From Lingula anatina (taxonomy: Eukaryota; Animalia; Brachiopoda): 64,000 nt of DNA. This document shows, piece by piece, positions 47,189-59,990 of this stretch; the first letter of the stretch is position 1; every line of letters starts with the position of its first letter. The stretch is taken from the NCBI GenBank assembly GCA_051362555.1, contig CM120645.1, positions 11,656,001-11,720,000 on the forward strand, written 5' to 3'. The position numbers and the translations under genes were made by a program. Under the pieces are notes generated by a model. That model saw nothing but the letters and a program-made list of their open reading frames with translations, was not told where the DNA came from and did not search any database.

Positions 47189-48974
47189 GTTGATTTGATT
47201 TACTCTCTTCTTCCAAGATTTTTTAAAATCTTCATGCCTATAATGGCTGACTGTCTGGATTTATTTTCCTTATTGAAAAAGAAAAATAAAAGAAAAAAAA
47301 AAAAGAAATAGGACTTAAGGGAAAATATGACCCTTAGTAACATATGGTTATTTGCTGTTTCCAGGTGAACAGCACCTTCAGTATGTACATTCTCCAAATC
47401 TGTACCTATTTTAGAGGAAAGGGAGGGGCACATATAATTTATAGTGTACAATATATGTATCAAAGCTTATTAAAATAATTTTTAACACAAGTCAATTAGC
47501 ACAATCACTTTTAAGTGTACAACAACATAACCACCTAACCGAATGAATAAATGAATAGAAAAGTGAATCTATTGAATAATTGTGTTCTATAACCAGCAAC
47601 GTTTGTAAAGCCTCTCTTCTGGTCCTCAAATCAAGTTCGGTCCCTTGGTTCTAAACTGTTTACCAGAGGCTCTGTTCTGGTCCTACACCTGTTAATGTCC
47701 ATCATGACGTGTTCTAACGTGTTCCCCAAACGTGTCCTTGGCTGACTCTATTATGGTCTCCAATATTTGAGGTTTAAAACTTTGAGAGGCTACCAAAAAA
47801 CGTACGTAAACTGAATGTTGGAAAGAAATGCATTTCAATTATTTAAATTGTATTATATTTGCTATAATATATTCTCAGATTTTTTTTAAAGAACACAAAA
47901 GTTTTGCTGCGTGACTACCTTTAGGATGCCTAATAGGCCTACTACTAAAATGTTTATGGCGTTCTCTGCTTCTTGCTTTCAAGACAGTTACATTCGTGGG
48001 TGATTGTGTGCATGTGTGTGTGTGTGGAGTGGGGGTGTACTCACTCACTCGTTCTTTATTCCGTTTCAAGTTAGTATAAGCTCTTATTTTCATATGGACG
48101 CGTTTATTCCCGTGAATTTCCTAAATGTCCACTGGACTGTCAAGAACTATAGTGATTCAGAGCTTATATAGGCACAGTATAATGGATTTTTACTGCATAC
48201 GTTTTATAAATCTATTAATACGGCAATTTATGTAAAGAGCTCCCTATGAAGGATAGTCTATAGCTACTTTATTCATTTACGCATTTTGTTTCAGAATTTT
48301 TTTTTTCAATTTTCAGGATATAGGGTATAGGTATGGGCACTATAAAAATACCAAAATGTAGGCGTTTTGTGCAAGTAGTAGAAATGGATTATATTATTTT
48401 CGAATCAGCGGATCTAAATTAAACGCGCAATATATTCGTATTTATAGCCTGTTTGACTGCATTTAAACTAAGACGCAAGTGAAGATAATGTGTGTTTGAT
48501 TGACGGGGCTGGTTTAGAGATGAGCTGCATACCTTGTTGGTATTTATACCTAGGCTTTCACAAGCTATATATCCCATATCATTCGGATAATGTTCAAGTG
48601 ATGTTTTGCTACTGGATGACAACTTACATGTAGCATCCCAATTGTATTGCTTTAGGAGCGTACAGTGAAGGGAATATCATGAAATCCCAGTGATCTGACC
48701 AAAGTAAATTTGAGGGACTAATGGTAGAGGAAAGATCCAGTATAACTACGTAGTATAAGTATGCATACCAATGCAATTTACTGTTACACAACGCCGTTCT
48801 CCCTTGGGCAAAATTAAAGGCTAACATCCCCGTTTCAATTTACCACTTCAAGGGAAAGATTCAGAACAGCGCCAATACTAATTAGAGCTTTTAAGCAGAT
48901 TGTTGGAAGATTGTGTTAATCCGTTACATCTAAGCTTTGTCAGGGATTAATTTTTGGTTGGGGTTATGGTTTAT

Positions 48975-49053
48975 GTTTAGTTTAGTTTAGTTTATTTCAC
49001 TGTAACATATGCATCCACTTGTGTGGATGAAAATGACAATATGAATACAATTT
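48975..49053 (-). mobile_element. Very short 3'-end copy of the adjacent LINE with a (CTAAA)n tail
   Basis: 48989-49053 is the exact reverse complement of 49851-49915 and continues into GTTTAG repeats. Confidence 0.8.
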
Positions 49054-49179
49054 ATGTATCGATTATAATTGGAATGCCTTTGATAATTTTATAACCAAGA
49101 CTTATGGAATAAAATACTGTAATTTGCTATGTTTTATAATTATGTGTGAGGACTCGCACCAGACACGGGCATTTAATTT

Positions 49180-49915
49180 TGGTTGGTCCAAAACTGAAAC
49201 TCTTGTTTGAAAACGGATTTGGAGATGTATGGCTAAAGCAGAATCCCGACATAAATTTCCTAAGTATGTTCAGAGAACGAATCATTAGTGGGTACGTACA
49301 CAACTGGCACAGTGAGCTTGAGCACAATTCCAAATCCAGAGTATATTGCCAATTCAAAAATACATTCAAAAAAGAAAAATATCTAGACTACCTTCACGAT
49401 ACTGATAAAAGAAAAAACCTAAGCCGTTTTCGCACCAGTGGGCATAAACTTCACATTGAAACGGGCAGATATAATAACACTCCTCGTACCGACAGAATAT
49501 GCCATTACTGTTCTAAAGACAAAATTGAAGACGAAAAACACTTTCTCACAACATGCCCCCTATACAACGACCTGCGCACAATATTATATAAGGTATTTAC
49601 AAAACACGATACACATTTTGGCCTAAAAACAACTGATTAAAAATTTACTATAATTATGAAATGTCAAGAAAAAGAAACCATTATTGCACTAGCTCAGTTT
49701 CTCTCCTCCGCTTTTGCTAGGAGGGATCTACAAGACAGTGCTGCACCCATCAGCAATTGAGTAATAGTAGTAATAGTAGTTTGTTTTTTTTTTAATAGTA
49801 AATAAGTAAATATTCTTACTCATTGTGATTGTTTAATAACATATTCACAAAAATTGTATTCATATTGTCATTTTCATCCACACAAGTGGATGCATATGTT
49901 ACAGTGAAATAAACT
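49180..49915 (+). mobile_element. 5'-truncated non-LTR retrotransposon (CR1/L2-group), ORF2 C-terminus and 3'UTR
   Basis: GFGDVW, SRFRTSGHKLHIETGRY, RICHYC..IEDEKHFLTTCPLYNDLR zinc knuckle; 3' stem-loop TCCACACAAGTGGA and AATAAA end. Confidence 0.88.
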
Positions 49916-51183
49916 TATTGGCTTGCATTTGACCGGCGGCAGAGTTGTGAATCAATCTACAGTATATTATTTTCAGTTTATATAAAAGTTACCTAAGTCC
50001 CGCATAACGCTATCGAAAAAATTGGTCACTTTATGACCTTTTAAAGCACCGCTACAGATGTAGACACTCCAACCCAATTAAGTTCGATGTGAGAAAACTT
50101 TCAACAAAAAGTGATAATGTGAGCCACATATATATTAAGATAAATATCGGAATAAAAATATGACACGTTCCATTAATTTTCACTGGCTTATGTTATTGTA
50201 CCCTCTAATAGGGAAAGCCGTCAGCAGTAATTTAAAGTAATGTGAAACATTCATAAAAACGTTATGCAAAACGTGAGCGGTTGGGATAAGTTAATTTACG
50301 CTCTCATTTTTTAATGGAAAAAAATTGAATATTTATTACAAGAGTTCAGGGTGGGAGGGGGGCATAAGGGCATAGCAACTAAATTATGTTAAGAAATAAC
50401 GATTTAAAATAAAAAAAAAGTCAAGTTGAACCTTTCTACTGATATACTTTATCATGGTTCGGTTAAGAAGATATATACCCCCCCCCCCCCCTGCCCACAC
50501 TTATTTCAACCTGTAAGATTGGAAAGTCGGTAGTCTGGCTCGGGCAATAAAATCTTACTATCTCCACATCTGGTTTCTATCAAGCTCGTTCAGAGCTTCA
50601 GAGCTTAGGACAAACATATTGCTCCTCGGGCCAGGGAATCTGGAGAGGGGGAGTAGAGGAACATGTCTTCTCAATATGGAAATCTATATATTTTTGATAA
50701 TTTCCTTTGTAACATTTACGAACACTGTAAAATACCCTTGCTCAAATTAATATAATGTTCACACATTTCTGTAAATATCCTGAATTGAAATACTAATTTT
50801 AAATGACGAGGGAGAGAGAGGTCAAGACATTCTGTAAATGTCCCGAACTAGGGGAGAGTGTTATAAACTAAACACATCTTGGCAATAACCCGTAGCCAGT
50901 TAGACTGCTGAGTGGTTTACTTATTATGATCAACGTTATTGTTTATATTTTATTAATATCAAACAATTTTACTGTTTGCAGGTATACCTGTTTGGAACCT
51001 GTACTCTGCGCCATATAATAGCAATGGTGCAAAGTAGTGATATTGTAAAATCCTGCAATAAAATTTTCTTCAAATATTAAATTTTATTAAATGGTTGAAT
51101 ACAACATAAGTAATAGAACAGTAATAGAATTCAGTATAATGATACTGAATTGTTGTAAAGACATATAGGAAGCAGGGTTACCA

Positions 51184-51778
51184 TATATGCTCGGAATTTT
51201 GTCGGAGAGGGAAATTTCTCGAGTTTGTTCACTGTCCTGTGAAGCCATATTTTGTAGCCTGAGATGCCGTATCCGTTACTTCGTGACCTGACCTGTCAAA
51301 AGCACGTCTGGGCGCTCTTTTCATCTTTCAATTCTTCCACATTAATCAAGATACGGAGTATCAATTACAAGTGCCCGGGGAGGGGGGGGGGGGGGAGGAA
51401 GAGGGAGCATGAAGGGAATAAATAACTATAAGTAGTATCCTTGCGACACAAGGTTACCCAGATAGCATGCAAACGTATATGCTCGGAATTTTGTCGGAGA
51501 GGGAAATTTCTCGAGTTTGTTCACTGTCCTGTGAAGCCATATTTTGTAGCCTGAGATGCCGTATCCGTTACTTCGTGACCTGACCTGTCAAAAGCACGTC
51601 TGGGCGCTCTTTTCATCTTTCAATTCTTCCACATTAATCAAGATACGGAGTATCAATTACAAGTGCCCGGGGAGGGGGGGGGGGGGGGGGGAGGAAGAGG
51701 GAGCATGAAGGGAATAAATAACTATAAGTACATGTAGTATCCTTGCGACACAAGGTTACCCAGATAGCATGCAAACGT
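51184..51778. repeat. Recent tandem duplication, two ~292-300 bp copies
   Basis: 51184-51475 is repeated at 51476-51778, differing in poly-G length and a small CATGTA insertion. Confidence 0.95.
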
Positions 51779-52272
51779 TGGGCCAACGTTGAAATTAAAG
51801 AAATTAAAAGTTATTATGAGGGCGTCAGAGGGCTTGTGCAGGAGGTTGTCACCTGGTGTGCTCCTTGACTGTGTATGTGCTAAGATAAGATTAGATAAGA
51901 TAATAATTTACTTAACCAATAAATATAAATGTATAAAATCTGGAATATTTTGCCCTGTAATAGTGCCATTGTTGAATTAAACTATTTAAATGTACTAAAA
52001 TGAAATTACTTATTAGTGTTAAAAAGAGCTACTGCTTTCGAACGTATTTATAAGTGAAATTGTCATCTAAACGCAAAAGCTCGAGGTCAGATTACATCTA
52101 TGATCCCCATCAAAATATTTTTCCAAAGAAGAACTGCGGTATGTTATGACTTCGTTGGAAGAATTTATTACATAACAGATGTGCCGACTCAATATAACCG
52201 ATCCCGATTAAAAGGAAGCCCATTAATTCCCTGATGGTCTCCCCCCTCCACACGCGCCATTAAACGGATTAA

Positions 52273-52432
52273 GGCTTCATTCACATGCAATGTCTATTTT
52301 CTAAATTCTATTTTCTATTCGCGGTATGTCTTATGATCACGGTCTGTGCCCTGAATATCCCGCGGCGTAATTACTGGCAGCGCGAGCCAGTTACTATAAG
52401 TTACTTTAAGTAACTGGCTCGCGCTGCCAGTA
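52273..52432. mobile_element. Truncated copy of the 18615-18873 Harbinger-type MITE
   Basis: TAA|GGCTTCATTCACATG... matches the left arm, the loop and ~25 bp of the right arm. Confidence 0.88.
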
Positions 52433-52807
52433 TTATTACCAGGCCCCTCCAGCAACAGCGTGTGTGGAGGAGGGAAGACCATCAGCAGGAAAAAAGTCGG
52501 TATTGCTTTAAACTGGATCGACCATATTTGATCAGCAGATCTGCTAGTCCAAAGATCATCTGTTCTGAATGCACTCTTTTAGTGCCAGGCCACGTGGCCT
52601 CTACTGCTTTCATGTTTCAAGAAAAGGGACACAATGCGCCGCTTCTGAAGAGGTGCTTTATCTCCCGGTGGGGTCAAACACACGAGACGGACACTCTTAC
52701 CCCGAGACCTCCCGGTTGGTATGATAAAGTATTGCAAATAGTGGAAGTTGGACTCAAGTTACCAGTAAAACGCCGGATGTGTGCAGGTGAGTTGGTATAT
52801 AACAAGC

Positions 52808-53071
52808 TCATTCCAAAGAAACTGTCGTTCTACGTAGATCGATCCAATTCCGCTGGCATTCTCGTGAATGCAATTAACAGATTACGATTACAGTGGAATA
52901 GGATCGATTAACAGATTATCATGCCTCCTCCTGACGTTGAGTTGAATACAGTTATACTGGTTATTAAACGAGTACGTTGGAAACAAGAGGAGGCGTTCTA
53001 ATATGATTGCATTCAGCAAGAATCCCCGCGGAGTTGAATCGATCTACGTAGAACGATAGTCTCATTGGAAG
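52808..53071. mobile_element. MITE with ~35-bp imperfect TIRs
   Basis: TTCCAAAGAAACTGTCGTTCTACGTAGATCGAT ... ATCGATCTACGTAGAACGATAGTCTCATTGGAA. Confidence 0.7.
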
Positions 53072-53129
53072 TACCAATGTAGCTCTCATCTCCCACTTAT
53101 ATTCTGTTCTGTATTGGCGTCTTTCTTTA

Positions 53130-54270
53130 CCAGGCAGGTAAATATTGGTGCTTGGAATGTTGGTGGTTTATTTAAAAGAATTGCTAATGAAAGAATTGTT
53201 AAGTTTGAGCTACCCGAATTCCAACAGGCCCTGTCCTCCCTTGATATTTTTTGCCTGGTTGAAACTCACTGTGAAAACTCTGACATTCTCACAGTGGATG
53301 GGTTCCACATAGAATTAATGGTGCGTTCCAGATCCCCTAAATCACCTAAAGCATCAGGGGGATTGCCATTGGTGTAAAGTAAGAATTACTAAAAGGTGTT
53401 AAATTCCTTAAAGAAACCAACAGTGAATTCAGGTGGCTCAAACTGTGTAAAAAGTTTGGGCTTAGTAGAGATCTCTTCATATGCTGCGTATACATTAGCC
53501 CAGTAGGAAGTAGTTTCGGTCAACAGCGCGATTATATCTTCCAGTTACTAGAACAAGATTTAGGTAAATTTCAAGAAATTGCGTCCTCAGTCCCTTACTG
53601 TTCAACATCTTCATTAGAGACATTCCCGACCTGTTCCTCAACAACGTTGTTCGCCTTAGGGATAAACCTCTTAGTTGTCTTATGTATGCGGATGACCTCT
53701 TTATACTATCAGAGAGCCCGGCTGGACTTCAGACTGCACTCAATAGTTTGGATAAATACTGTGAAACCTGGAAGCTGATAGTAAATGTCCAAAAAACAAA
53801 AGTAATGATTTTTAATAAACCTGGCCGATTATTGAATAATCTAACCTTTTCTCTAGGAACTGAACAGATAGAAATATGCTCAGAATATTGCTACTTGGGT
53901 TTGGTATTCACACCTTACCTTCAGGAAAATTCAATAAAGCAATGGATTACTGAAAATCAAAGCACAAAAAGCATTTTTTAAAATCCGTCACCAGCTGCTT
54001 TCTAGCCCAGTTGCAATTGCTCGTAAACTTTTTTTCCACTCTAATACTCCCTTTACTTAGCTACGGCTGTGAAATATGGGCCCCTTTAGTCCCCAAGCCT
54101 AGCATGATGAGTAATCTTCTGCAAATCTGTGGCATACCACCTGCTGAAGATGTCCACATAAAAGCCCTTAAAACAATCCTGGGGGTCCACAGAAATGCAT
54201 CTAATCTAGCGGCTAGAGGGGAACTGGGGAGTTACCCAGTGTTGATTCATATGCTTGCCCTGGTAACATT
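53130..54270 (+). mobile_element. Internally deleted LINE ORF2 relic (AP endonuclease fused to the C-terminal half of RT)
   Basis: NIGAWNVGGL..DIFCLVETH..SGG endonuclease motifs, then a jump at ~53580 to CVLSPLLFNIF, LMYADDL, KTKVMIF, YCYLG, YGCEIW, RGELG; frameshifted. Confidence 0.88.
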
Positions 54271-54285
54271 GAGATTTTACATTGG

Positions 54286-54683
54286 AGTTAGGGCATTTTA
54301 CACAGCACTCCTCAAAACAAGGAAATTCCACAGCATTGCTATACCTCCAGCCAATTACTCCTGACGCAACTGAAGGAATAGTACATTCTGTAACGACAAG
54401 GCAGTTGGTTGCCTCCTATGCTCTACCATACCTGTCAAGAACTTCCTTCTTTGAAGAAACCCCCCTCCCCCGCTACACTGTAGGCTTTCCAACACAAAAT
54501 GTGGTCTTCTTCTCAAAATATGAAGTTATTGAAAGCAGCGATACCAAGCCTAGTGAAAATTCGAATTGACTGTGCACCTTTCCCAATTTTCCACAACAGC
54601 TGGCAGTCTCTGATAACTCCAGATGAAGACAAAGCTGTGTGCATGTCACTGGCTGAAATAACATCATGTCCTTTATCAACATA
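54286..54683 (-). mobile_element. Degraded DNA-transposase C-terminal fragment (Sola3-like by motif recall)
   Basis: YVDKGHDVISASDMHTALSSSG..GIAAFNNFIF*EEDHILCWKAYSV..FPCFEECCVK, with stops. Family assignment not verified by search. Confidence 0.5.
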
Positions 54684-54728
54684 AGGTCTTATGAGAGATG
54701 AGAGTCTCTTATGAGACTTTTAAATTAA

Positions 54729-57700
54729 GGGGTGGATGTACCCAAATACGGCTAAAAACCATTATTTTGGGTTTTTTATGTCTAATTATTGGTTAAATGT
54801 GTATCTAACTTTTAATGGAATAACATTTTTACATTTTGAACATAAAATGTTTTTTTCTGAGGATTTTGATGCTGCACTCATCGGCACCGGTGGCTTGGTC
54901 TGTGCATGCCCCGACTTCGTTGCCAAGGGCCGTTGGCATGGGTAAACTCGGGGGAGGACCTAAGCAGCATCATCACGACTCGCCAAACAATAAAACAGGA
55001 ACGTGTCATACTCCTTTTGTCATAAACAGCGATCGGCAAAGCATTGCCTATTGTTCCGCTTAAGCTGTTTTGATAGTCGCTCTTGATTGTGATCAGCGCT
55101 AAGGAGAATCTTTTCCGACACACTGGATTTGCTCGAAATACGCGTTTTCCCTTGAATTGCTTGTTGCTATACTTGTACTTTCGATTTTCTTCTTAACATT
55201 TTGAGATAAGAAAAAAAGAGAAATATTCCGCTGCTAGCTACCTGTGACAGCAACCGTCAAACTATCGATCAATCTTCGACAACAGCTCTATACAGTCGTC
55301 AGATTTTATAGATCTATGCAAATTGGGCCATCTGGTCCAGCATCGAGGCGCATGTTTACCAAATCTTTAACTTGACAACTAATTTTACTTGGCTCTACAG
55401 TGGTGACGATGATGATAATAAAAACAGCAAATAGATGCTGCACTCATCGGCACCGGTGGCTTGGTCGTAGAGCTAAAGATATCGCTAGACTCCGTTTTTC
55501 GCGCGAACAATAGTAAGCTGAGATCACGTGAGAGCTGTAGCATTTATAACATTTTGATTTTTCAGAATTATTCATTTCGGCTATGAGATATGAGCTGGGG
55601 AATAAGCTTTAGCATTTTCAGCCTAAATGCTGGTATACCACGAGGTACAGTTCTGGGTGCATGTATGCACTTTCAAGGCAATTTCTGACAAACACAACTT
55701 TACACATTTCCTCTAACAAGTCCTTCACTAGGCTTGGTATCGCTGCTTTCAATAACTTCATATTTTCTTGTTGTTGGTGGTCCGATCGGCGTCCTGTAAT
55801 TTAAATGGCATTGTCCTAGAAAATCGTGGTGGTTGGATCTTAGTTACAATAATAGCTGTGGTATCATCATCATCAAAGGTTCTCTTCTCTTCAGAGACTG
55901 TGGCGAGCGTGGAGGATGCCTGTCACTTCTTCTTGTTTTCGAACCATTTTTCGCTCGGCGAATATGGACAAGACTGCCTGCGATGATGCTATTGTGTGCA
56001 CATCCTAGAGCGCATCCCTGAATTGACGTGGCCACTGACTGGTTAAGTAGTTAGAGCTTACTTAATTGCCTGTCAATCATTCTGGCAGTGCTAGCGGTAA
56101 CCCCTTGAAGTTACTAACAGGAGGTGAGATTGATACAAAAATAAGATTTTCCGACATCCAAATGCATGCAAACAAGCTAATTTCAACCGGCAATAGAGTA
56201 CCCATCTTCGCGATCGAGAGAACGTTAACAGGTAAAGCTGTCAACAATTTAAGGTGCTACTTTTAACAATTAACTACCCTGGAAGGGTTTTTGCTCCTTT
56301 TCGTCGTTTTCAAGACATCCCCAGAAATGCACTGCATGACGTCACGCTTAGCCCACTGCGCATGCGTGCACTTTTAATGAGTTGCTAGATTGCCATAGGA
56401 AAATGAATGGGTTCGCGATTCGTGGGTAATTCGTGATAATTGACAAACTAACGGCCTGATGCCGATAGACAGCAACGCTGTACTATACTGAAAGCAACTC
56501 CTGACCAAATATCGCTAGGGTTTTTAAAAAAATTCTGTTGTACACACGTTCTGTTGTACACACGTGCCTAGCCTACCCTCAGCAAAACGCACGTATTTTC
56601 AGAAATAGTGATTTTAGACGGTAGATTCACTCAGAAACAAAGGCAAACTAATTCGTTGCCGATAGCACCAGCAGATAGCAGCACCATACAGAGTTTGATT
56701 AAGAACTTTCGTGGCAATTGAAGAACTTTTACCACTGTACAATGGAGTCCAAAAAAAGCACTTGGCACAAATGTGAAACTGCCCAGTGCAAGGCCAAGAA
56801 TTCAATCGTACTTTCAATCATATTATCAGATTCTACATAAATTGACTGACAATATCACTACTCAGTATTTAACTAATCTCTTAATCCAAAATTCCTATCA
56901 TCATTTAATAATAATGCAAAATTCTTCTTTCAGATTGCTATTTATTTTAAATTTTAATGCTGCAACTGTTCCAAAATAATCTTGTAGTAAAGGAAAAATG
57001 CAAATAAGAAGTAGAAAACAAATTTTACCCACATTATTAAATTTTTTGAATATAAAAAGAATAAGATCACGATTTGACAAATTAAAATAATCTTTCATGA
57101 ACTCTTTCATGAATAACATATTAAACAAAATTAAAGTTATAAATTAGTGGTAATGGTTTATTCTGGAATATATGACCTCTGCACATCATCAGTACCTGAC
57201 TTGGTACAGTATAGTTACTACTTGGATACAGAGTTAGATTTAATAATGTAACAATAAGAACAATATATATTACAATAAACTTCTCTGCACATGTCAGACG
57301 CTTGTTACCATGAACTAACACTACTTGACAATGGGCTGAGCACTTATCACAGAGTCTGCGTGCGATGCCATTGTTGTGCTGTAATTGGCTAGTTGAATCA
57401 CGTGAAGCCTACTGTAGCGTGAATGCTGCGCATTTCTGGCCATGTTGACGAGGCAGCGTTAACGGAGCGAGCTATAACTGTGTACCTGTACACCTGAGGG
57501 AGAACAAATTTACCATGCTTATTAAGAAAAGTGCTTTTTTAAAAAAATTGATTGATCCTCACTTTCCAATTTGTTGACTTTGAAAGTGAAAATTCCTTAA
57601 TATTTTGATGTAATTTCACGTTTTTATAGTTAAAATCAACAATAACTCTATAAATAAAAATACCTGACTCCGTTTTGTAGTACTTTGTTCAAGTGCGTTT

Positions 57701-59532
57701 TGCTGAGGGTAGGCTAGGCACGTGTGTACAACAAAACGTGTGTACAACAGAATTTTTTTAAAAACCCTAGCGATATTTGGTCAGGAGTTGCTTTCAGTAT
57801 AGTACAGCGTTGCTATCTATCGGCATCAGGCCGTTAGTTTGTCAATTATCACGAATTACCCACGAATCGCGAACCCATTCATTTTCCTATGGCAATCTAG
57901 CAACTCATTAAAAGTGCACGCATGCGCAGTGGGCTAAGCGTGACGTCATGCAGTGCATTTCTGGGGATGTCTTGAAAGCGACGAAAAGGAGCAAAAACAC
58001 TTCCAGGGTAGTTAATTGTTCAAAGTAGCACCTTAAATTGTTGACAGCTTTACCTGTTAACGTTCTGGCGATCGCGAAGATGGATACTCTATTGCCGGTT
58101 GAAATTAGCTTGTTTGCATGCATTTGGATGTCGGAAAATCTTATTTTTGTATCAATCTCACCTCCTGTTAGTAACTTCAAGGGGTTACCGCTAGCACTTC
58201 CAGAATGATTGACAGGCAATTAAGTAAGCTCTAACTACTTAACCAGTCAGTGGCCACGTCAATTCAGGGATGCGCTCTAGGATGTGCACACAATAGCATC
58301 ATCGCAGGCAGTCTTGTCCATATTCGCCGAGCGAAAAATGGTTCGAAAACAAGAAGAAGTGACAGGCATCCTCCACGCTCGCCACAGTCTCTGAAGAGAA
58401 GAGAACCTTTGATGATGATGATACCACAGCTATTATTGTAACTAAGATCCAACCACCACGATTTTCTAGGACAATGCCATTTAAATTACAGGACGCCGAT
58501 CGGACCACCAACAACAAGAAATAGATGCAACCAGGCAGGACTTGTTAGAGGAAATGTGTAAAGTTGTGTTTGTCAGAAATTGCCTTGAAAGTGCATACAT
58601 GCACCCAGAACTGTACCTCGTGGTATACCAGCATTTAGGCTGAAAATGCTAAAGCTTATTCCCCAGCTCATATCTCATAGCCGAAATGAATAATTCTGAA
58701 AAATCAAAATGTTATAAATACTACAGCTCTCACGTGATCTCAGCTTACTATTGTTCGCGCGAAAAACGGAGTCTAGCGATATCTTTAGCTCTAAGACCAA
58801 GCCACCGGTGCCGATGAGTGCAGCATCTATTTGCTGTTTTTATTATCATCATCGTCACCACTGCAGAGCCAAGTAAAATTAGTTGTCAAGTTAAAGATTT
58901 GGTAAACATGCGCCTCGATGCTGGACCAGATGGCCCAATTTGCATAGATCTATAAAATCTGACGACTGTATAGAGCTGTTGTCGAAGATTGATCGATAGT
59001 TTGACGGTTGCTGTCACAGGTAGCTAGCAGCGGAATATTTCTCTTTTTTTCTTATCTCAAAATGTTAAGAAGAAAATCGAAAGTACAAGTATAGCAACAA
59101 GCAATTCAAGGGAAAACGCGTATTTCGAGCAAATCCAGTGTGTCGGAAAAGATTCTCCTTAGCGCTGATCACAATCAAGAGCGACTATCAAAACAGCTTA
59201 AGCGGAACAATAGGCAATGCTTTGCCGATCGCTGTTTATGACAAAAGGAGTATGACACGTTCCTGTTTTATTGTTTGGCGAGTCGTGATGATGCTGCTTA
59301 GGTCCTCCCCCGAGTTTACCCATGCCAACGGCCCTTGGCAACGAAGTCGGGGCATGCACAGACCAAGCCACCGGTGCCGATGAGTGCAGCATCAAAATCC
59401 TCAGAAAAAAACATTTTATGTTCAAAATGTAAAAATGTTATTCCATTAAAAGTTAGATACACATTTAACCAATAATTAGACATAAAAAACCCAAAATAAT
59501 GGTTTTTAGCCGTATTTGGGTACATCCACCCC
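54729..59532. mobile_element. Candidate TTAA-flanked fold-back element with ~1.86 kb inverted termini (Kolobok-like GG...CC ends)
   Basis: TTAA|GGGGTGGATGTACCC ... GGGTACATCCACCCC|TTAA; non-coding interior. Confidence 0.5.
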
Positions 59533-59577
59533 TTAATTTAAAAGTCTCATAAGAGACTCTCATCTCTCATAAGACCT

Positions 59578-59975
59578 TATGTTGATAAAGGACATGATGT
59601 TATTTCAGCCAGTGACATGCACACAGCTTTGTCTTCATCTGGAGTTATCAGAGACTGCCAGCTGTTGTGGAAAATTGGGAAAGGTGCACAGTCAATTCGA
59701 ATTTTCACTAGGCTTGGTATCGCTGCTTTCAATAACTTCATATTTTGAGAAGAAGACCACATTTTGTGTTGGAAAGCCTACAGTGTAGCGGGGCAGGGGG
59801 GTTTCTTCAAAGAAGGAAGTTCTTGACAGGTATGGTAGAGCATAGGAGGCAACCAACTGCCTTGTCGTTACAGAATGTACTATTCCTTCAGTTGCGTCAG
59901 GAGTAATTGGCTGGAGGTATAGCAATGCTGTGGAATTTCCTTGTTTTGAGGAGTGCTGTGTAAAATGCCCTAACT
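59578..59975 (+). mobile_element. Mirror copy of the transposase fragment
   Basis: Inverted duplicate of 54286-54683. Confidence 0.5.
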
Positions 59976-59990
59976 CCAATGTAAAATCTC

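Larger units (their letters stand above)
52874..56592 (+). repeat. Left arm (3719 bp) of an 8.5 kb inverted repeat
   Basis: Mirrored ORF set; paired coordinates sum to 114261 (outer part) and 114285 (inner part). Confidence 0.97.

Noticed and set aside
55768-58517. Mirrored short ORFs as duplicated genes
   Set aside because: Short, overlapping in several frames and lacking motifs; the duplication is explained by the inverted repeat.
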